Shown here: piece by piece, positions 27,963-37,142 of the stretch | Layout: the number at the start of each line of letters is the position of its first letter | Numbering within the stretch: the stretch's first letter is position 1 | NCBI GenBank assembly: GCA_947454425.1 | Contig: CANGJV010000001.1 | Span: 1 to 55,703, forward strand | Reading direction: 5' to 3' | DNA from: Candidatus Nanopelagicaceae bacterium | Lineage (GTDB): Bacteria > Actinomycetota > Actinomycetes > Nanopelagicales > Nanopelagicaceae | DNA length: 55,703 nt | The notes under the pieces: model-generated | Seen by the model: the letters and a program-made list of their open reading frames with translations, nothing else | Told to the model about the DNA's origin: nothing | Databases searched by the model: none | Translations under genes and position numbers: made by a program

Positions 27963-29129
27963 TTACTCCTCGACTATCTCTACATCAATAAAATCTTCGG
28001 CTTCTACGAGCTCTGGATTGTTGAGTTCGCGAACATCTGCAGGTGCCTCAGGATATGGGATTGCCAGCTTTTCTTTATCGCCTGCAACACCTAGGGCGCT
28101 AATTTTTTTAGCTGGACTAAGAACGGTCTTCTCTGCAGTTGGGATCAAGTCTTCATAAGCCTTTGAAGTGTTGTTAATCGCCTTACCGACAGCCACGATT
28201 TTGCCATGTAGAAGGGTAATGTTCTTTAAAAAGGTAGATGCAACCTTTGTAATATCGTCAGCATTTTCTGCCAATTTATTACGTGTAAAGATATGGCCAA
28301 CAGTGCGCAAGAGCGCCATCATTGATGTTGGAGTTGCAATTGTGACACCGAGTTTAAATGACTTCTCTAGCAACATCGGGTCGAGGCGAAGCGCCTCTGC
28401 CAAGAGAGTTTCGAATGGCAAGAAGAGGACAACTACATCAGGTGAACCAGCGGATTTGTGATATCCGCGCTTTGAAAGCGCATCGACATGCTTGAGTAAG
28501 TCCTTAGTGTGCGAAATTAAGAAATCATCGCGAAGATCTTGATCTTCTGTGGCAAATGCCTCAAGAAAACGATCAAAGGGAAACTTTGAGTCGATAAAGA
28601 GTCGTGAGCCACCGGGCATCTTTACCGTGATATCTGGAATTCCAGAAGAGTCAGCATCAGTTGTTGAACGTTGAGCATCAAATTCAATTCCTTCCCGAAG
28701 GCCAGCTTGTTCGAGCAGGAGTTCGAGTTGAGCTTCACCAAATTTTCCGCGCGATTGTGAGCTGGAAAGTGCCCCTGCAATTTTGCGGGTCTCATCAAAG
28801 AGTGAGGTAGATGCGCTTCGCATCTCATTGATTGTTGATTTCAGTTCGACCTCTGATGCAACGCGCTTCTCGGCTGCATCCTGTGCCTGCACTCGCATCC
28901 GCTCGACCGTTGTCTTCATCTCCTCCATCTGCGTTGCAATCTTCGCTTGGTTCTCATTCTTGCCTTCGGCATCTTTTAATCGCTCTTCACTCTTTTCAAG
29001 GAGCGCTTTAAGAGTGGTGAGATCGGAGGATGAAGTCGAACTTTGCGAACGTGCGAGGCGACTACCGAAGAAGAAGCCAATTGCGAGGCCGATGAGTAGA
29101 ACTACAGTTGTGATGAGTGCGTTAGACAT
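27963..29129 (-). CDS. rmuC: DNA recombination protein RmuC
   Basis: N-terminal TM plus coiled coil, RGKFGEAQLE, PD...IDSKFP, ATPTSM. Start revised to ATG 29129. Confidence 0.92.
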   Translation of the reverse strand: MSNALITTVVLLIGLAIGFFFGSRLARSQSSTSSSDLTTLKALLEKSEERLKDAEGKNENQAKIATQMEEMKTTVERMRVQAQDAAEKRVASEVELKSTINEMRSASTSLFDETRKIAGALSSSQSRGKFGEAQLELLLEQAGLREGIEFDAQRSTTDADSSGIPDITVKMPGGSRLFIDSKFPFDRFLEAFATEDQDLRDDFLISHTKDLLKHVDALSKRGYHKSAGSPDVVVLFLPFETLLAEALRLDPMLLEKSFKLGVTIATPTSMMALLRTVGHIFTRNKLAENADDITKVASTFLKNITLLHGKIVAVGKAINNTSKAYEDLIPTAEKTVLSPAKKISALGVAGDKEKLAIPYPEAPADVRELNNPELVEAEDFIDVEIVEE

Positions 29130-29158
29130 AGGGATATCGTTGCAGGATGCGGCGACAA
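29130..29158 (-). promoter_or_regulatory. PafBC/RecA-NDp-type promoter motif upstream of rmuC
   Basis: tTGTCGC-N10-AACGAT-N6-ATG on the minus strand. Confidence 0.5.
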
Positions 29159-29206
29159 ATGCGCCAATTTCACGTAACAACCCTGCAGACCGTAGGCTCA
29201 ACCACT

Positions 29207-30280
29207 ATGAGCCTCTCCATCGGAATCGTCGGCCTTCCCAACGTCGGAAAATCGACCCTTTTCAACGCCTTGACCAAGAACAATGTGCTTGCGGCCAACT
29301 ATCCCTTCGCAACCATTGAGCCAAATGTCGGCGTCGTCGGTGTACCGGATGAGCGCCTAGCAAAGCTTGCAACAATCTTTGGTTCAGAGAAGCTACTCCC
29401 GGCTGCGCTCTCTTTCGTAGATATCGCTGGAATTGTGAAGGGCGCATCAGAGGGCGCAGGACTTGGTAATAAGTTTCTTGCCAATATCCGCGAGACTGAT
29501 GCAATCTGCCAGGTTATTCGCGTCTTTACCGATGGCGACGTTGTTCACGTTGATGGTCGAGTAGATCCTTCAAGTGATATCGAGACCATCAATACCGAAC
29601 TTGCGCTCGCTGACTTGCAGACAATTGAAAAGGCAATCCCGCGACTTGAAAAAGAAGCTCGTACCGATAAGACAAAGACATCGGTTCTGGAAGCAGTCAA
29701 AGAGGCGGAGGCACATCTTCAATCCGGTAAGCCGCTCTCTACTTCAAAGGTTGACCTTGCTTTAATTTACGAACTCCACCTTCTTACTGCAAAGCCATTC
29801 TTATATGTATTCAACGTTGACGCTGCAGAACTTGGCGATAAGGATCTTCGTGCAAAGTTATCAGCGCTCGTTGCTCCAGCTGAGGCAATCTTCCTTGATG
29901 CAAAGACAGAGGCAGAGCTTGCTGAACTTCCGGATGAAGATGCACTTGAACTTCTTGAGGCAGTTGGAATGACAGAGCCAGGCCTTGCAACGCTTGCCCG
30001 CGTTGGCTTTGACACCCTTGGCCTTCAAACTTATTTAACTGCAGGTCCTAAAGAGGCTCGTGCGTGGACCATCCATAAGGGCGACACCGCACCAATGGCT
30101 GCTGGCGTGATTCACACGGATTTCCAAAAAGGCTTTATCAAAGCAGAAATCGTTTCATTTGATGACTTAATAGCAGCAGGATCTATGGCTGATGCAAAAT
30201 CTGCTGGCAAGGTGCGAATGGAAGGCAAGGATTACGTCATGCACGATGGCGACGTAGTCGAATTCCGCTTTAACGTTTAA
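29207..30280 (+). CDS. ychF: Redox-regulated ATPase YchF
   Basis: GLPNVGKST, NYPFATIEPN, GLGNKFL, C-terminal FRFNV. Confidence 0.97.
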   Translation: MSLSIGIVGLPNVGKSTLFNALTKNNVLAANYPFATIEPNVGVVGVPDERLAKLATIFGSEKLLPAALSFVDIAGIVKGASEGAGLGNKFLANIRETDAICQVIRVFTDGDVVHVDGRVDPSSDIETINTELALADLQTIEKAIPRLEKEARTDKTKTSVLEAVKEAEAHLQSGKPLSTSKVDLALIYELHLLTAKPFLYVFNVDAAELGDKDLRAKLSALVAPAEAIFLDAKTEAELAELPDEDALELLEAVGMTEPGLATLARVGFDTLGLQTYLTAGPKEARAWTIHKGDTAPMAAGVIHTDFQKGFIKAEIVSFDDLIAAGSMADAKSAGKVRMEGKDYVMHDGDVVEFRFNV

Positions 30281-30639
30281 TTGCTGAGCTGAATTACATT
30301 TCCTTCGGGATCCACACAATCTAGGTATTGAATTCCTTCATACTCTGAAATATCCGACGGAAATATTGCGCCAAGATTCTTTACGCGATTACGGGCCTCT
30401 TCGATATTTACCACTGAGAAAATTGGCTTGATTGCGGCTTCTTCACGGACTACAACAGATCCTGAGCCACTTGGGAGTTCTCGAAATTGAATTGGGAGAA
30501 GATGTAAGAAAACTTCATTCACGTCACTTTTGACGACGTGAAAATCTCCATTTGCTTCTGCTGCCTTTACCCCAAAAAGGGCAGAGTAAAAATGGTTGGC
30601 TTCATCGAGATCGGAGACCCATAGGACGATTTTGCTCAT
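30277..30639 (-). CDS. VOC/glyoxalase-family protein
   Basis: VSDLDEANHFYSALFG...DPEGNVIQL. Confidence 0.8.
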   Translation of the reverse strand: MSKIVLWVSDLDEANHFYSALFGVKAAEANGDFHVVKSDVNEVFLHLLPIQFRELPSGSGSVVVREEAAIKPIFSVVNIEEARNRVKNLGAIFPSDISEYEGIQYLDCVDPEGNVIQLSN

Positions 30640-30721
30640 GCAGAAAATCCTAATTTAAAGTCATCTGCATCCCAAAGAAGAGGTCACAATTCACGCTCAA
30701 GTGCTTTCGACTTAAGCCCGC

Positions 30722-30782
30722 GTTCGTTAAGTAGTCAGAATTCACTCACCTGTTGTTCACTTAACGGCTCTACTGTGGAGGG
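30722..30782 (+). promoter_or_regulatory. PHO-box-like 11-nt direct repeats plus leaderless -10 upstream of ppk1
   Basis: GTTCGTTAAGT/AGTCAGAATTC/ACTCACCTGTT/GTTCACTTAAC, then TACTGT-N6-GTG. Confidence 0.55.
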
Positions 30783-32840
30783 GTGAAGTCCGATAAGAAT
30801 TCTTATATCGACCGCGAACTCAGCTGGTTGGATTTCAATACCCGCGTTCTTGAATTGGCCGAGAATCACGATCTGCCCTTGCTCGAGCGGGTTAAGTTCT
30901 TAGCTATTTTCTCTTCCAACTTAGATGAATTCTTTATGGTCCGAGTGGCTAGCCTTAAGCGCAGAATTGAACTCGGAAATCATGATCGACTGATTTCTGG
31001 AATGACTCCAAACGAACTCCTCAGTGAAATAAATGAACGAGTGCGCACTTTGCAAGAGAGAATTGGTTTCTTGCTCAACAAGGATCTTAAGCCAGAATTA
31101 ATTCAGCATGGAATTAAGCGAGTACGTTGGGATTCTCTTTCAGAATCTGAACAGGCTCCCCTCACCGAGAAATTTATTAACGAAGTTTTTCCAATCCTGA
31201 CTCCTCTCGCAAGCGATCCGGCCCATCCATTTCCTCATATCTCTGGACTCTCACTCAACTTAGGAATTATCGGAAAGAACACCCACACCGGGGAAGAACA
31301 ATTTGTTCGCGTCAAGGTTCCTTCCAATATTCCACGTATGGTTCGCGTGAGCGAGACAGATTTCTCTTACATTCTTCTGGAAGACCTGATTGCCGAACAT
31401 CTTCACCTGCTCCTTCCGGGTGCTGCATTTGAAGAGATCTATTTCTTTCGCGTAACTCGAAATCAAGATCTTGATATCGATGAAGATGAAACCGAAGATT
31501 TGCTTTCTTCATTGAAGGAAGAACTCTTGCGCAGAAAGTTCGGCGCAGCAGTCCGAATGGAGATTGAGGAAGGCGTCTCAGAGAGTCTGCTTAACCGCTT
31601 GATGCAAGAGCTCGAGATTTCACCATCTGAAGTATTCACTCTTACTCCACCACTTGACCTCACCTATCTATTTGAGATGTACGGGCTTCCACTGCCAGAA
31701 CTTAAGGACGAGCCTTTTGATTCTATGAAGCCTGGACTGCTCAATACGATTGACCGCCATGATGCTGACGCATTCTTTGCCGCAATTCGCGATGGCGAAA
31801 TTTTGCTTCACCACCCGTATCAAACCTTTACTTCGACCGTGACTCGCTTTATCGAACTCGCTGTGCAAGATCCAAAGGTTTTGGCGATTAAGCAGACGCT
31901 CTACCGAACCTCCGGAGACTCTCCCATCATGCAGGCGTTGATTGAGGCGGCAAAGAGCGGAAAACAAGTACTTGCAGTGATTGAACTCCGCGCTCGATTT
32001 GATGAGCAGGCAAATGTTCGGTGGGCGCAGAAGCTCGAAGATGCCGGAGCTCATGTGGTCTACGGAATGTTGGGTTTGAAAACTCACGCAAAGACCAGCG
32101 TCGTGGTGCGTCGTGACGAAAATGCGCTCAATGTTTATTCACATGTGGGAACTGGAAATTACAACCCAAAGACAGCGAAGTTGTATGACGATTTAGGAAT
32201 TCTCAGCGCAGATCCTGTGCTGGGTCAAGATCTACTGAAATTATTTAATCAACTCAGTGGAGTGGCATCTGGAATGGAGTATGCACGTCTCCTGGTAGCG
32301 CCAGTGACAATTCGTACATCGCTAGTCGCCAAGATTCAGCGCGAACGTGAAAATCACCGCAATGGCATTCCAGCTGGTATTCGATGGAAAGTGAATTCGC
32401 TAGTAGATAACGGAATTATCAATGAACTCTATGCAGCAGCGAAAGATGGAGTTCCAATTGAAATTATCGTTCGTGGTGCCTGTGCATTACGTATGAGCAA
32501 GGTGGCAGAGTTTAAGAATGTTCGAGTGATTTCAATCCTTGGCCGTTTTCTCGAGCACTCACGAATTTACTCGTTCCATAATGGCGGAGCACCAGAGTTC
32601 TTTATCGGTAGCGCAGATATCATGGAGCGAAATCTTGATCGTCGCGTAGAAGCTCTTGTTCGTGTCGATTTCCCAAGTCATAAGGAAGAACTCACTGAGA
32701 TCCTTGATTTATCCGGCTCGTCACGTTTCCGTAAGTGGGAGATGGGTGAAGATGATGCGTGGCATTACTTTAAACAAGATTTAGAAGGAAATGCACTGGA
32801 AGATTTCCAAGAGCACTTCATTGAAAGGTATAAGGAATGA
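30783..32840 (+). CDS. ppk1: Polyphosphate kinase 1
   Basis: RELSWLDFN, SNLDEFFMVRV, LHHPY, KTHAK, GTGNYN, RFLEHSR motifs. Confidence 0.97.
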   Translation: MKSDKNSYIDRELSWLDFNTRVLELAENHDLPLLERVKFLAIFSSNLDEFFMVRVASLKRRIELGNHDRLISGMTPNELLSEINERVRTLQERIGFLLNKDLKPELIQHGIKRVRWDSLSESEQAPLTEKFINEVFPILTPLASDPAHPFPHISGLSLNLGIIGKNTHTGEEQFVRVKVPSNIPRMVRVSETDFSYILLEDLIAEHLHLLLPGAAFEEIYFFRVTRNQDLDIDEDETEDLLSSLKEELLRRKFGAAVRMEIEEGVSESLLNRLMQELEISPSEVFTLTPPLDLTYLFEMYGLPLPELKDEPFDSMKPGLLNTIDRHDADAFFAAIRDGEILLHHPYQTFTSTVTRFIELAVQDPKVLAIKQTLYRTSGDSPIMQALIEAAKSGKQVLAVIELRARFDEQANVRWAQKLEDAGAHVVYGMLGLKTHAKTSVVVRRDENALNVYSHVGTGNYNPKTAKLYDDLGILSADPVLGQDLLKLFNQLSGVASGMEYARLLVAPVTIRTSLVAKIQRERENHRNGIPAGIRWKVNSLVDNGIINELYAAAKDGVPIEIIVRGACALRMSKVAEFKNVRVISILGRFLEHSRIYSFHNGGAPEFFIGSADIMERNLDRRVEALVRVDFPSHKEELTEILDLSGSSRFRKWEMGEDDAWHYFKQDLEGNALEDFQEHFIERYKE

Positions 32841-33709
32841 TTAAAGCTGCCGGAGCCGTCGTTTGGCGTGAAGAGACCCCATTCGAGTTGGAAATCTTGC
32901 TTGTGCATCGCCCTAAATACGATGATTGGAGCTTTCCGAAAGGCAAGATTGATGAGAAGGAAGCATCAATTGCAGCTGCTTTCCGGGAAGTAAAAGAAGA
33001 GACCGGTGTTACAGCAATATTTGGACAGTATCTAGGTTCAACTTCTTACAAGCTTGAGGATGAGAAGAAAAAAGTGAAGTACTGGATGGCACAAGCTCGT
33101 CCTACTTCAGATGCATTTTCTGCTAATGAGGAAGTAGATAAAATCGAGTGGGTATCAATCAAGGAAGCCCGTCACTTCCTTACCTACGATGAAGATCGCG
33201 ATATTCTCGATGAGTTCATTAACCGCGAGCGTTATTCGAGCGCAACTATTCTCTTGCGCCACGCAAAAGCGCTCAAGCGCAGTGATTGGAATGATTACGA
33301 TCTCGATCGCCCACTTACCAACGATGGAATCGAGCAGAGCAAGCGACTTATCAGCCAACTCGAGCCCTTCGGTATTGAAGGAATCTTTTCATCTGATGCA
33401 ACACGCTGCTTTGCAACGGTAGAACCAACGTCACTTGCATTTGATATCAAGGTAAGTGTTTCACCGGATATCAATGAAGAGGTCTATGAAAAGAGCCCAA
33501 AGGTAGCTCTCGAATACGTTCGCCACTTGATGCGCTATCCAGGAAACCATCTCGTCTCAAGTCACAATCCGATAATTCCAGAGATTCTTACCAAGATTGC
33601 GCGAGTTGAATACTCAGCTGAGGATCTTGATCCAGCTGATGCTTGGGTGATTCACCACCACGGCAACAAGGTGCTCTCAGTTGAGTTCCTGCGCCATCCT
33701 AAGATCTAA
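32837..33709 (+). CDS. mutT1: NUDIX hydrolase-histidine phosphatase fusion (MutT1-like)
   Basis: Nudix box GKIDEKE...REVKEETG plus LRHA phosphatase motif; follows ppk1 as in other actinobacteria. Confidence 0.85.
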   Translation: MIKAAGAVVWREETPFELEILLVHRPKYDDWSFPKGKIDEKEASIAAAFREVKEETGVTAIFGQYLGSTSYKLEDEKKKVKYWMAQARPTSDAFSANEEVDKIEWVSIKEARHFLTYDEDRDILDEFINRERYSSATILLRHAKALKRSDWNDYDLDRPLTNDGIEQSKRLISQLEPFGIEGIFSSDATRCFATVEPTSLAFDIKVSVSPDINEEVYEKSPKVALEYVRHLMRYPGNHLVSSHNPIIPEILTKIARVEYSAEDLDPADAWVIHHHGNKVLSVEFLRHPKI

Positions 33710-33715
33710 TTAACG

Positions 33716-34630
33716 CTAAGACTTAAGCCAGTCCAGTCGTTGTAGAACGATTCCCTCACGCAGTGCCCACGGGCATTGCGTGAGTTTTTCTATACCCAGC
33801 AATGTGACTGCTTCTTCAGCAACGATGGCACCAGCAACTATTTGTGTTGCGCGACTCGCAGAGACACCCGGTAGTTCAGCTCTCTGGTTATATGTCATCT
33901 TCGCCAACTTTGGCACGATTGCCTTAAGTCCCGTGCGTGTAAGTGAATTGCCAAGCTCAGGAAGATAATTCTGTTGGATCCGCCGCAAGGTTCTAAATGT
34001 CTTACTAGTCCCGACTGCGGTTCGGTTGCTGTTATCGCCAATTTTATCCTTGAGTGGAGTGAGCGTTTCACGAACATGTTCGCGTAATTTATTAATTGAT
34101 TTTTCGGTGAAAGGATCACCGGTTAGAAACTGCCGAGTCATACGGTTGGCGCCGAGCATTACCGAATGTGAAAATTCTGGATTCTCTAATTCTCCAGTTG
34201 CAATTTCTAATGAGCCACCGCCGATATCGAGCATAACTACATCGCCGGCAGACCAACCAACCCAACGCCGTACTGCTAAGAATGTAAACCGGGCTTCATC
34301 TGCTCCGCTGAGAACTTGTAAATCAATTCCAGTTTCTGCCCTGACTGCAGCCAACACTTCTTCTGAGTTGGTCGCCTCTCGAATCGCAGATGTTGCAAAA
34401 GCCAACATGTCATCGAGTTGAATATCTTTTGCAGCATTCTTCAATCGATTGAGAGTCTTTAGAAGTGTGTCTCGACCAACGATTGAAAGCTCACCATTAA
34501 CGGTAAGAAACTCAGCGAGGCGAATTTCTTCCTTAAAGCTTTGAAATGCAAGTGGGGCAGATCCATGATGGGCGTCCATTACTTGTAGATGAACGGTATT
34601 TGAACCGACATCGAGGACTCCCAGGCGCAT
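33716..34630 (-). CDS. ppx: Ppx/GppA exopolyphosphatase
   Basis: DVGSNTVHL, ATSAIREA, DIGGGSLE, WALREG; leaderless TAGACT-N6-ATG. Confidence 0.92.
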   Translation of the reverse strand: MRLGVLDVGSNTVHLQVMDAHHGSAPLAFQSFKEEIRLAEFLTVNGELSIVGRDTLLKTLNRLKNAAKDIQLDDMLAFATSAIREATNSEEVLAAVRAETGIDLQVLSGADEARFTFLAVRRWVGWSAGDVVMLDIGGGSLEIATGELENPEFSHSVMLGANRMTRQFLTGDPFTEKSINKLREHVRETLTPLKDKIGDNSNRTAVGTSKTFRTLRRIQQNYLPELGNSLTRTGLKAIVPKLAKMTYNQRAELPGVSASRATQIVAGAIVAEEAVTLLGIEKLTQCPWALREGIVLQRLDWLKS

Positions 34631-34707
34631 AGGTGCAGTCTATTGGGGGGTAAGATAAGAGCCTGCACTTCGCACGCAAGTGCCCTTATTTCTGGAGTTT
34701 CATCCCA

Positions 34708-36603
34708 ATGGCAAAGACCCAAGCACACCTTAAAGACCTGCCTGTAAGAACACGCGACAGCATTCGCAACGTCGCAATCATTGCGCACGTGGACCATGGA
34801 AAGACAACACTGGTTGATGCGATGCTCTGGCAGTCAGGTGCCTTTGCTGCTCACAAGAAGCAGGATGAGGGTCAAGACCGCATGATGGACTCGATGGACC
34901 TCGAGCGCGAAAAGGGAATTACGATTCTTGCAAAGAACACTGCGGTTCGTCGCGGTGATTCTGTTATCAACATTATTGATACTCCAGGCCACGCAGACTT
35001 CGGTGGCGAGGTCGAGCGCGGTCTCGAAATGGTTGACGGCGTTATCTTGCTCGTCGATGCATCCGAAGGCCCACTTCCACAAACTCGCTTCGTCTTGCGC
35101 AAGGCGCTTCAAAAGAACCTTCCAGTTATCTTGCTCATTAATAAGGTCGACCGTCCCGATGCGCGAATCGCAGAGGTTGTCGATGAGGCATACGAGTTGT
35201 TCCTCGATCTTGATGCAAATGAAGAGCAGATTGATTTCCCAGTTGTCTATGCATCTGCAAAGAACGGACGCGCTTCAATGACACGTCCAGCAGATGGCGG
35301 ATTGCCAGAAGAAGAGAATCTCGATGTACTCTTCCAAGTTATTCAGGACACTGTTCCAGCTCCTGTTTACCATGAGGGCGCACCACTTCAGGCGCACGTT
35401 ACAAACCTTGACTCTTCACCATTCCTTGGTCGCCTTGCATTGATGCGTATCCACGAAGGAACCCTTAAGAAGGGTCAGTCAGTAATGTGGATCAAGACTG
35501 ATGGAACGCAAGAACGTGTAAAGATTTCAGAACTTCTTATTACCGAAGCGCTCGAGCGCGTACCAGGACTTGAAGCAGGACCAGGTGACATCGTTGCGAT
35601 TGCAGGTATTGAAACAATTACATTGGGCGAGACTCTTGCAGATCTAGATGATCCACATGCTCTGCCATTGATTAAGGTTGATGAGCCATCAATCTCTATG
35701 ACAATTGGTATTAACACCTCTCCTCTCGCAGGAAAGTCAGGAAAGTTGCTTACAGCTCGTCAGGTGAAGGATCGCCTTGATAAGGAGCTCATCGGTAACG
35801 TTTCACTTCGTATTCTCAATACCGAACGCCCAGATGCATGGGAAGTTCAGGGACGTGGTGAGCTTCAGCTCGCTGTTCTCGTTGAAATCATGAAGCGCGA
35901 AGGCTTCGAGCTCACAGTCGGTAAGCCACAGGTTGTTACAAAGACAATCGATGGCAAGCTTCATGAGCCAATGGAGCGTTTAACTATTGATGCACCAGAA
36001 GATTACCTCGGCGTTCTTACACAGTTGATGGCGCTACGTAAGGGCCGCATGGAACAGATGGTTAACCATGGCACTGGTTGGATTCGCCTTGAGTACAAGG
36101 TTCCATCACGTGGTCTGATTGGTTTCCGTACCGAGTTCCTCACTGAAACTCGCGGAACAGGTTTGCTCCACCACGTATTTGATTCATACGAGCCATGGTT
36201 CGGTGAACTTCGCACACGCGGAACAGGATCACTTGTTTCAGACCGTATGGGTGCAGTTACTTCTTATGCACTTCAAGGTGTGCAAGAGCGCGGAACTATC
36301 TTCGTCGAGCCTGGCGATGAGGTTTACGAGGGCATGGTTATCGGCGAGAACTCACGCGCTGACGATATGGATGTTAACTGTGTTCGCGAAAAGAAGCTCA
36401 CCAATATGCGTGCTTCAGGTACCGATGATTCTGAAAAGTTAATTCCACCTAAGAAGCTCAACATGGAAGGCGCGCTCGAATTCTGTCGGGAAGATGAATG
36501 CGTTGAAGTAACTCCAGCTGTTGTTCGTATTCGTAAGGTTGTGCTTGATGGTGCAGAGCGTGCTCGCGCGACATCTCGCGCCAAGAAGAGCAATAACTCT
36601 TAA
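34708..36603 (+). CDS. typA: Translational GTPase TypA/BipA
   Basis: AHVDHGKTT, DTPGHADFGGEVE, NKVD, KKLTNMRA motifs. Confidence 0.97.
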   Translation: MAKTQAHLKDLPVRTRDSIRNVAIIAHVDHGKTTLVDAMLWQSGAFAAHKKQDEGQDRMMDSMDLEREKGITILAKNTAVRRGDSVINIIDTPGHADFGGEVERGLEMVDGVILLVDASEGPLPQTRFVLRKALQKNLPVILLINKVDRPDARIAEVVDEAYELFLDLDANEEQIDFPVVYASAKNGRASMTRPADGGLPEEENLDVLFQVIQDTVPAPVYHEGAPLQAHVTNLDSSPFLGRLALMRIHEGTLKKGQSVMWIKTDGTQERVKISELLITEALERVPGLEAGPGDIVAIAGIETITLGETLADLDDPHALPLIKVDEPSISMTIGINTSPLAGKSGKLLTARQVKDRLDKELIGNVSLRILNTERPDAWEVQGRGELQLAVLVEIMKREGFELTVGKPQVVTKTIDGKLHEPMERLTIDAPEDYLGVLTQLMALRKGRMEQMVNHGTGWIRLEYKVPSRGLIGFRTEFLTETRGTGLLHHVFDSYEPWFGELRTRGTGSLVSDRMGAVTSYALQGVQERGTIFVEPGDEVYEGMVIGENSRADDMDVNCVREKKLTNMRASGTDDSEKLIPPKKLNMEGALEFCREDECVEVTPAVVRIRKVVLDGAERARATSRAKKSNNS

Positions 36604-36613
36604 TCCAACCAGT

Positions 36614-37105
36614 ATGAAGAGAATTCTGGTTCTTGTAGCAGCGATTTTGTTGGTGCCGGTCTATGCGAATGCCCATGCGGGTTTGGTGAGTTCAAACCCG
36701 GCGGCGAATACCGAGATAACAGCGATGCCAAGTCAAATCTCGCTGACGTTCACTGAAGATTTGATGATCCTTGGCGAGAAAGATGTAAGCTCGATTTCTC
36801 TTCACTTGATGGATGGTCCAGAGGTAACGCTCACAGATGTAAAAGTTAATGGCGCAACTCTTTCTGCCAATTTGCCGGAAGCCGAATATCAATCCGGAGT
36901 CTATGAAGTGGACTACAAAATCGTCTCAGCCGATGGCCATAAAGTCAGCGACTCATTTACATTCTCACTCAACGCACCAACCTTATTAATTGCTCCCGCT
37001 CCAGATAAAGATGGCGCCGGAGTGTTCCCATTACCGATAGTGGGCGCAATTTCCATTGTTATTGGAGTTGGCGGCTTCTTTGCCCTTCGTGCCCGCAAGA
37101 GATAG
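36614..37105 (+). CDS. copC: CopC-family copper resistance protein with C-terminal TM anchor
   Basis: Signal peptide ANA|HAGLVSSNP; VSADGH motif. Confidence 0.85.
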   Translation: MKRILVLVAAILLVPVYANAHAGLVSSNPAANTEITAMPSQISLTFTEDLMILGEKDVSSISLHLMDGPEVTLTDVKVNGATLSANLPEAEYQSGVYEVDYKIVSADGHKVSDSFTFSLNAPTLLIAPAPDKDGAGVFPLPIVGAISIVIGVGGFFALRARKR

Positions 37106-37112
37106 CGCAGAA

Positions 37113-37142
37113 TTGTCACCCGCTTAGGGTTGAATTCGTTCT
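37113..37142 (+). promoter_or_regulatory. PafBC/RecA-NDp-type promoter motif upstream of adnA
   Basis: tTGTCAC-N10-TTGAAT-N7-ATG. Confidence 0.45.
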
